Part shown: piece after piece, positions 57,696 to 64,000 of the stretch | Layout: the number at the start of each line of letters is the position of its first letter | Position numbering within the stretch: the first letter of the stretch is position 1 | Assembly: GCA_965214545.1 (NCBI GenBank) | Contig: OZ243950.1 | Location: 247,764 to 311,763 of the forward strand | From: an uncultured candidatus Porisulfidus sp. | Lineage (GTDB): Bacteria; Pseudomonadota; Gammaproteobacteria; Poriferisulfidales; Poriferisulfidaceae | Length of the DNA stretch: 64,000 nt | Direction: 5' to 3' | Notes under the pieces: model-generated | What the model saw: only the letters and a program-made list of their open reading frames with translations | Told to the model about the DNA's origin: nothing | Database searches by the model: none | Translations under genes and position numbers: made by a program

Positions 57696-58451
57696 ATGGG
57701 ATCTAAAATAAACCAACTGTTGCAGCAGTGGCCAGCCGGAACGGTCGCCACGCTACGTTGGCTCAATTGCCGAGGTGTCGACCGCCGGCTTGCGAACAAG
57801 TACGTCCAGTCAGGCTGGCTGGAACGTTTAAGTCACGGCGCCTATAAGCGCGCTGGCTCGACAGTCGACTGGGCCGGTGCAGTCTACACACTGCAGACGC
57901 AGCTTACCCTTGACACCCATCCCGGCGGGATCACTGCCATCGAGCTGCGCGGCTACACACAACACCTCTCGTTTGGAGCGCGCGAGGTCGTCCTATTCGG
58001 AAATCCCGGCACGAAACTGCCCGCTTGGTTCAAGACTCACGCCTGGTCCAGACCGGTGACTCTCGTGACGACCGGCATCTTGGTGGGCACCGAAAAGACC
58101 ACATCCAAACTTCCGGTCGACGAAGTCGACCTCGAGGTCTCGACACTCGAGCACGCGACTTTCGAGATGATGTACCTCGTGCCGAAACGGCAGTCTTACG
58201 AAGAGGCTTTCCAGGTGATGGAATCGCTGACAGCACTGCGCCCGCAGGTCGTACAATCGTTGCTCGAGGGTTGCACTTCCGTGAAGACCAAGCGGCTGTT
58301 CATGCATGCCGCCGAGCGAGCGAATCATTCGTGGTTGAAGCGCCTCGACCTTTCGAAAGTCGATTTCGGGTCAGGCCGACGCACCATCCACGCTGGAGGG
58401 CGCCTCGACAAGAAATACGATCTGGTCGTCGCCGACTCCGATCAGGAGTAG
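57696..58451 (+). CDS. AbiEi-family (AbiEi_4-like) antitoxin domain protein
   Basis: 251 aa from ATG 57696. The N-terminal pattern is INQLLQQWPAGTVATLRWLNCRGVDRRLANKYVQSGWLERLSHGAYKR. Confidence 0.65.
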   Translation: MGSKINQLLQQWPAGTVATLRWLNCRGVDRRLANKYVQSGWLERLSHGAYKRAGSTVDWAGAVYTLQTQLTLDTHPGGITAIELRGYTQHLSFGAREVVLFGNPGTKLPAWFKTHAWSRPVTLVTTGILVGTEKTTSKLPVDEVDLEVSTLEHATFEMMYLVPKRQSYEEAFQVMESLTALRPQVVQSLLEGCTSVKTKRLFMHAAERANHSWLKRLDLSKVDFGSGRRTIHAGGRLDKKYDLVVADSDQE

Positions 58452-58453
58452 GA

Positions 58454-58570
58454 CTGCTATATCCCGACAATGCTGTGGATAGCCTCCTCGAATCTCTCCT
58501 GAACGGAGTTGCCTTTACGGGAGGTGTGTACACGGTACGTAGCCGGTACGCTACCCATCCCACCCGCTGA
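58454..58570 (+). pseudogene. possible N-terminal stub of the cognate AbiEii-type nucleotidyltransferase toxin
   Basis: A frame beginning just after the AbiEi-like stop reads LLYPDNAVDSLLESLLNGVAFTGGVYTV... and stops after about 38 codons. It resembles the N-termini I recall for AbiEii partners (..YNTV...L...L..L.....F.L.GGTAL). It has no ATG. Confidence 0.3.
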
Positions 58571-58599
58571 CCCGCCGCGTCATCGGCAAGAACCTCGCC

Positions 58600-61500
58600 C
58601 TACCACTGCATGCGAATATCAGCTCCGATGGTATGTTCCGGTCTGCTCGCATCATTCTCCCAGCGGGTCGCCTTCAGCTCGAAGGAGATATCGGGCGAAC
58701 CCTCCACAGGCGTCAACCGCCAGCCCAAGCTGTAGTTGCGGGTGTCGGGTGCGAGGTTCAGCCCGACATGCGGGCTGCCCGTGAAACGCCCCGAGAAGGC
58801 CGGCATCCCGTAGGCCGCCTCCGCCGTCCAACGCCGCCCGGACCCGGACTCGGTGCGATCCTCCAGTGGGTCGGCCCGGAACAGCGCATCCAGCCCACCC
58901 TCGGCCTGCCCGCCCATCTCCTGGCGAAGTACCAGCGACAGCCCGCGCTCGGAGGCCGGTTCGGGATCGAACGCCAGTGACGCAGCGAAACCTCGGTCCT
59001 CGAGATCGTCCGCGCCATGCGTGATCAGTGTGCGGCCCGACAGGTCGAGCGAGAGGCCCAGGCTCGGGTCCACCCAGGCGAGCCCACCCCCGAGCTCCAC
59101 CCCGAAGCCGGTCTCGGCATCGCCGCCATCCTGGCGCAGGCCAATCTCCAGTTTCGGGATCGCGTGACCGCCCCTCTCGGTGGCGATGCGGTAGCTGCCT
59201 TCAAGACCCAGTCGAAAGCGGGTTACATCCGAGTCCGAGGAGGCCAACTGATGGGTTTTGTCCGATGAGGTACGGGCCCACAAGGCATCCGAGGTGATCG
59301 CCAGGGCAGGACCACTACCCTGTGTGAGTGGGGCGATCACATCGCCTCGCAGTCCTGTCGCTGCCATGGTCCAGTCGATGTCTGACTTGAGGGAACCCCC
59401 GACCTTGGGCTTCAGGGTCACATCCCCGGTCCCATAGCCGAGCGTCCCCCACAGCTTCAGGCGCTGTGAGACCTGCAGGGAGACATAGGGCATCGCCGCC
59501 GTCAGGGTGGCCTCAATCTCGCCGTCCCCCTCGCGTACGGCGCCACTGCACAACACGGCCCGCGCCTGCGGGTCCATGCCCTGCAGCTGGGCCGGGTTCA
59601 GAGCGTCACAGACATTCTCAGCCGGGTCCGTATCCCGGTAGTCGCCATCTCCGTCGCTTTTTATCAATGCCAGGCCGAGCAACCAAGTACCGCGTGCATA
59701 GTCGACCCCCAGCAGGGCCGAGGTGGCCTCACCGTCCAGGGAGAAGATGCCTTCCTGGCCATCGAAGCTCGAATGTGCCACGCGGCCCCAGAGGGCGAGG
59801 CTGCCGCCCAGGTGATCCTGCTCGCCGGTGGCGGTGAAGTGGCTGCCGAGCAGCGCCTCGTGGACCGTCATGGAATGGGACGGTGCAGGCTGGCTGATGA
59901 AGCCATGGACATCATGCTCGATTCCACCACTGCCGGTGCCAAGGGCACGGGTGAACCCGGACGAATCGCCCAGGACCGTGTTTGTTACACCTGATGTGCC
60001 AGGGCCGGTCCCATCGAAGCTCGCTCCCTGCGATCCGAGATCAAGAGTCATCGCCTGTCCGGCGATTGCACCCTGCAGCCCGGCGGTGCGTGGTGCAGCG
60101 ATACGCCCGGCAATGCCGTCCAGAGCCTGCTCGGCCACCGTGCGACCAAAGCGCGCGAGCCACGCCGCCGGCATCGGGTCGGAGTTGACGATCGTGCCCA
60201 CCGCAACCCCGTCACCGATCACCGCACCGCCCGTCGGCTGCGACAGGCTCACCTCGAAGGTCTCCGGATCCTCATCGTGATTGTCGTTGTAGACATAGAC
60301 CGGCGTCTTCTTCTCGGTCTGGCCCGGATGGAAGGTGAGCACGACCCCCTCTTCCCACCACCAGTAGTAGTCCTGCCCGTAGCGGGCCGAGACCGGCGTC
60401 GATTCTTGGGCCATGACGGTCACCTTCACCGTCTGCTGCACCGCCCGGTCGAGCCGTACCGTGAAGTACATCATCCCGACCTCCTCGTTGACGGTCTCAT
60501 CCCCCACCGAAAACGTCGGGGCCGAGGCCGGGGCCGAGGCATCGTTGTCAGTGACCGCTACCGAGGCGGTATCCTCCGGTGCCGGGGCTACCGTATAGTG
60601 CAGCCCTTCCTCACCGTCTCCGGCCAACGTCGCGCTCACCACTCCATCCGGCTCGTCGGTCGTATCGTCCACCGTCGGTACGGTGAAGGTGGCCTCGGTC
60701 TCGCCCTGGGCGAGGGTGGCCGTGACCGCCCCTTCCTGCTCAGTTGCCACGAAGTCACTGCCCTCGGCCTCTGCAACCGTGAGGTGGACCGTCAGTTCCG
60801 CACCGGGTGCACGGCTTGCCGTCAGAGTGAAGGTGGCCTCCGTCCCCTCCACCACGGTCTCGGTTTTTGCGGTGATCGTGATCTCCGGCGGCGGTTCCAG
60901 GATGGCGAAGCCGGCCGACCCCGAGGCCGCAGCGCCCCCACTCAGGCCCGTCGCCACCGGTGTGCCGGGGTGTACCGTCACCGTCTCCTGCTCGCCCTCG
61001 GCCACGCTGTCCGCCACCGTCGCCAGCTCCAGTGTTGCGGAGACGGCCGATGCAGTCCCTGCGGCCCCGGCGAAGGTCACCGTGGGGAGGTGCTTCGGGC
61101 CGCTCCCCCCAAGGTGGGTATAGGTTACACCTGCAGGTGTGGTCTTCGGTGCGGCCAGCGTATAGTCGGTGCCCAGCGTGGCTGTACCTGCAAAGGCCAG
61201 GGGTACGACAAGGTGCTCGCCCTCGAGCAGTGCGCGCCCGAGCGTCAGGGTCAATGTCTTGGTGCCCGAGGCCTCGGGCAGGTCGCCCTCGGGGGCGGCC
61301 AGCGCCACCGCGGTGGCATCGTCGTCCTCTACGACCACGCTCGCACTCGCACCTGGATCCTCCACCGTGTAACCGGTGCCCTCGTTCACCGTCACCATAA
61401 CGGCGCCTGCCAGCTCGTCGGTCTCATCGGCCAGCGTCACTACCGTGAAGGCGGCCTCGGCCTGGCCTGCCGGGAGCGTCACCGTGCGCTCGCCCAGCGC

Positions 61501-63999
61501 CGAGGTGTCGGCGATGACACCGCTCTGTGTGACCGTCACGGTCACCGCGAGTTCCTCTGCCGGCACGGGGTTGGCCTTTAGCGTGAAGGCCGCTGCCGTA
61601 CCTTCCGTCACCCCGGAACCGGCGGTCACGGTGATCGTGGGAACCTGGGCCTCGGCCTGGGCCTCGGCCTGCACCACCGCTGGCACCTTCTCCAGGCATT
61701 CGAGTGCGGTCACCACCGGTACCCAGCGTTGCAGGCCGCGATCCACCTGCGCCTGCGCCTCGGCGACGGTCATCGGATTGCTGCTGTAGGCGTTATTCAC
61801 CCCGAAGGAGGCCAGCACCCGGCTCCAGCGCTCGACATGACCCGGTGACGTCCGCCAGGTCTCGCCCGCAGCCTTCCGGGCGTCGGCCAGCAGGGCCTCG
61901 GAGACGCAGGCCGGTGTCGGGCTGTCGGTGCTCTGCGCACTGACGCTCAACGCATCCGGCCCCACGGCCAGGGTGGCCGTGGCGGCGAGGCTCGCCAGTT
62001 GCTGTGTGTCGCCGTTCTTGTCGACATATTCCGGGGTCACCGTCACCGTCAGGGTCATCGGCACCGAGGCACCGTGCTGGATGGTGGTCGTGGTGCCGGT
62101 CACACCGGGCAAGTCACCGGCGGACGCGTGCAGCGTATCGCTGCTCTCGGCACTCCACGACACGTCGTAGGAGGTGGCATGCTCCACCGCATCCCAGGTG
62201 ACACTGGCGCTGGCATCATCCACCGCCGTCACCTGAACATTGGTCACCGCCTCGGTGGGCGTGGGGGTGGCCGTCGCGGGTGCTGCTTGCGGGGGAAGCG
62301 TGTTGCCGTCCAGGTTGCGACATTGGCTCTCCTGCCCGCGTGATCCCCGTCGGTTGCGCCCCGGGTTCAATACATGGGCGCGGATCGTATCGACCGTGAC
62401 CTTGCGTACGCCGCCGCCCATGGCGGTGTGGGTGATGTCGGCGCAGGTGTCGTCGATGTTGCGAGAGGCCGGCTTGCGGACCACGTAGATCATGCGCCAG
62501 CACTCCCAGGGCGTGTCCGACGTGGCGTCGTAGCTCTCGCTCGGCTGTCGGCCCGCCACGGTCCGCTTGTAGCCGTTGTTGTCGAAGTATTCATGTGCTT
62601 CATAGCCGAGCCAGTTGGTGCAGCCCGTGCCTGCGCCGGGACTGCGGTCCTTGAATTCCACTCTCACCGTGTTTTGCGCAGCACCGCCTTCGGTCAACGA
62701 CAGGCCGACGAGGTTCCGCTTGTCTGACGGCACCGTCGCCGTCACGGTCACCGAACCGCCCGGCTCCGGGCGGTTCGACAGGCGCACGACATAGGGTATC
62801 CTTTCGCCGGGTGCCGCGTTTTGCCACGCCTTCAGCCCGCGCGTTGACGTTATCGTATGCGGTCGCTGGATTCGTGCACCGCCCTTGATGTACCAATACG
62901 CCTCGACCTCGGGCGCATCGTCCACGTCGACCCGGACACGGCCCAGGTTCTGGCTGGAATAGCCACCACCGCTGGCCGTGTGGGTTAATTGCGTCATGCG
63001 GTTGCGATGCGAACCGGGATCATCTGCGCCGGTCACCGTCACCTGCTGGGGCGTCTGGTAGTTCGATGACGTGAAGGTAAGTGTTGTTGGGTTGGCAGTC
63101 GCGGCCCCACCGATCATGCCGATCGTGACGGTGGTGCTGCCGCCCGATGGTGCGGTCGTTAGGCGCACGCAATAGGTCGTTTCGCCGTTCTCGAGGATGC
63201 GAAGACGGGTTTCGCTGAAGACGGGGTTCTGGGCAGAGCATGTTACCACCGGCGGGGCCTCGTCGTCCTCCAGCGTCAGGGTCGCCGCGTTGTTCGAGGC
63301 ATGCGCCGTCACGCCGCCGCTCACCGTGGTGTCCGTCAGGCCGAGTGAGCTCAGCGTCGCGGTGATCGCCTCGTGGGCCATGTCGCCGTCGTCACGGTTC
63401 GCCACCGGGGTCAGCGTCACCGTCGCCGTCTGCACCGTGTTGGAGTCATGGCCGGTGAAGACCACCCGCGGGTTGGCCGTCAATGCGTTCTCGAGCGTCA
63501 CCCCGCTGTGCATGCTCGCCGCCGCGGCTGTGACTTCAAAGTCGTGGTTGGCGGTGCTGCCGCCGTCCACGCTCCCCGGCAGTCTTGCCCCGGTGCTCGT
63601 CGCCAGTGCGATCGGCACGCCGATGGTCTCCCCGGCATAGAGTCGGCGATCCAGCGAGACCGTGAGCACCGCCGTATCCGAGGCGTCGCCCTCGGTCATG
63701 GTCATATCTGAACTCGTAAGTGAGACCGTGGTGTCCTCGTCGTCCTGGATGAGCAGCTTGTCGGAGGCGTCGCTGGAGGAGACCGTGTAGCTGTCATTGT
63801 CGGCCGAGCAGCCCACGGTACTGGGCGGCACCACCTCGACGGTGACGCTGCTGTCCTGATCATCCGCGGCGGTGTTGGTCCAGGTGAGCGTGTGGGTGCC
63901 CGAGCCGTTGGTGACACTGCTCGGCATGTTCACCGTCTGGATGCCTTCATTGCCCGAGGCTACCCGGTTGCCGCCGCTCTCGGTCACCCGCACGCACAC
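58600..63999 (-). CDS. giant type Va autotransporter (C-terminal 1,799 aa only; N-terminus beyond the window) with a Calx-beta-like / FN3 passenger
   Basis: The C-terminal beta-barrel ends ...IGADIRMQW, with alternating amphipathic strands. The linker PMPAAWLARFGRTVAEQ starts near 60177. A canonical Calx-beta unit lies at about 60178..60516 (YVYNDNHDEDPETFEVSLS). Several paralogous T/V/A/E-rich modules of about 110 aa are present. An FN3-like unit lies at about 62026..62253. Confidence 0.8.
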   Translation of the reverse strand: MCVRVTESGGNRVASGNEGIQTVNMPSSVTNGSGTHTLTWTNTAADDQDSSVTVEVVPPSTVGCSADNDSYTVSSSDASDKLLIQDDEDTTVSLTSSDMTMTEGDASDTAVLTVSLDRRLYAGETIGVPIALATSTGARLPGSVDGGSTANHDFEVTAAAASMHSGVTLENALTANPRVVFTGHDSNTVQTATVTLTPVANRDDGDMAHEAITATLSSLGLTDTTVSGGVTAHASNNAATLTLEDDEAPPVVTCSAQNPVFSETRLRILENGETTYCVRLTTAPSGGSTTVTIGMIGGAATANPTTLTFTSSNYQTPQQVTVTGADDPGSHRNRMTQLTHTASGGGYSSQNLGRVRVDVDDAPEVEAYWYIKGGARIQRPHTITSTRGLKAWQNAAPGERIPYVVRLSNRPEPGGSVTVTATVPSDKRNLVGLSLTEGGAAQNTVRVEFKDRSPGAGTGCTNWLGYEAHEYFDNNGYKRTVAGRQPSESYDATSDTPWECWRMIYVVRKPASRNIDDTCADITHTAMGGGVRKVTVDTIRAHVLNPGRNRRGSRGQESQCRNLDGNTLPPQAAPATATPTPTEAVTNVQVTAVDDASASVTWDAVEHATSYDVSWSAESSDTLHASAGDLPGVTGTTTTIQHGASVPMTLTVTVTPEYVDKNGDTQQLASLAATATLAVGPDALSVSAQSTDSPTPACVSEALLADARKAAGETWRTSPGHVERWSRVLASFGVNNAYSSNPMTVAEAQAQVDRGLQRWVPVVTALECLEKVPAVVQAEAQAEAQVPTITVTAGSGVTEGTAAAFTLKANPVPAEELAVTVTVTQSGVIADTSALGERTVTLPAGQAEAAFTVVTLADETDELAGAVMVTVNEGTGYTVEDPGASASVVVEDDDATAVALAAPEGDLPEASGTKTLTLTLGRALLEGEHLVVPLAFAGTATLGTDYTLAAPKTTPAGVTYTHLGGSGPKHLPTVTFAGAAGTASAVSATLELATVADSVAEGEQETVTVHPGTPVATGLSGGAAASGSAGFAILEPPPEITITAKTETVVEGTEATFTLTASRAPGAELTVHLTVAEAEGSDFVATEQEGAVTATLAQGETEATFTVPTVDDTTDEPDGVVSATLAGDGEEGLHYTVAPAPEDTASVAVTDNDASAPASAPTFSVGDETVNEEVGMMYFTVRLDRAVQQTVKVTVMAQESTPVSARYGQDYYWWWEEGVVLTFHPGQTEKKTPVYVYNDNHDEDPETFEVSLSQPTGGAVIGDGVAVGTIVNSDPMPAAWLARFGRTVAEQALDGIAGRIAAPRTAGLQGAIAGQAMTLDLGSQGASFDGTGPGTSGVTNTVLGDSSGFTRALGTGSGGIEHDVHGFISQPAPSHSMTVHEALLGSHFTATGEQDHLGGSLALWGRVAHSSFDGQEGIFSLDGEATSALLGVDYARGTWLLGLALIKSDGDGDYRDTDPAENVCDALNPAQLQGMDPQARAVLCSGAVREGDGEIEATLTAAMPYVSLQVSQRLKLWGTLGYGTGDVTLKPKVGGSLKSDIDWTMAATGLRGDVIAPLTQGSGPALAITSDALWARTSSDKTHQLASSDSDVTRFRLGLEGSYRIATERGGHAIPKLEIGLRQDGGDAETGFGVELGGGLAWVDPSLGLSLDLSGRTLITHGADDLEDRGFAASLAFDPEPASERGLSLVLRQEMGGQAEGGLDALFRADPLEDRTESGSGRRWTAEAAYGMPAFSGRFTGSPHVGLNLAPDTRNYSLGWRLTPVEGSPDISFELKATRWENDASRPEHTIGADIRMQW

Positions 64000-64000
64000 C

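Noticed and set aside
60277-61581. 434-aa ORF on the plus strand, together with many other 60-200-aa ORFs across 58600..64000
   Set aside because: All are antisense or out of frame relative to the continuous 1,799-aa autotransporter frame. Their composition is Arg/Gly/Pro-rich.
1-64000. Searched by eye for CRISPR arrays, rRNA, IS elements or transposases, integrases, reverse transcriptases and prophage structural genes
   Set aside because: None found. The only regularly spaced repeats are the short promoter repeats at 30566..30632 and the coding tandem at 61645..61668. The accessory patches lack any recombinase.

Overview
High-GC (by eye about 60-68% in core genes), gene-dense proteobacterial chromosome segment, probably gammaproteobacterial judging from E. 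coli-like gene orders. Most of it is housekeeping. It carries TCA enzymes (mdh, acnA, fumC) and the fabD-fabG-acpP-fabF-pabC-mltG-tmk-holB block. It also carries purB/purL, alaC-hom-thrC, surE-pcm-yqaA-nlpD, moeA/moaE, gltX, dusA, mnmA, clpA/infA and yadGH. A co-directional tetrahydromethanopterin (H4MPT) formaldehyde-oxidation module (mptG, mtdB, ATP-grasp, mch, RimK-type ligase, CitG-like, fae) lies downstream of purL and points to a methylotroph or methanotroph-like host. This taxonomic guess is an inference. RNA genes are tRNA-Glu(UUC) and tmRNA (tag ANDDNYALAA). I saw no rRNA, CRISPR array, integrase, transposase or IS element. Five small, lower-GC accessory patches interrupt the core. 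(1) At the 3' end of tRNA-Glu there is an orphan DinJ/RelB antitoxin and a GIY-YIG-type protein. (2) Directly upstream of dusA there is an AbiEi/AbiEii module, flanked by a degenerate copy of the dusA 5' end. (3) After the FAH gene there is a tight three-gene cassette (zeta-toxin-like P-loop kinase plus two small ORFs), a metallophosphoesterase, and a secreted protein whose signal peptide contains a 13-nt poly-C tract. (4) Between mnmA and acnA there is a solitary HTH + GHKL-kinase + STAS-like fusion gene, with repeat motifs in its promoter. (5) After tmRNA there is an orphan AbiEi-like gene with a toxin stub, then a giant (more than 1,799 aa, cut by the window edge) autotransporter whose passenger is built of Calx-beta-like and FN3 modules. 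My best candidates for something undescribed are the HTH-GHKL-STAS single-gene islet, the zeta-like three-gene cassette and the Calx-beta autotransporter. All functional claims rest on reading the translations by eye; no searches were run.
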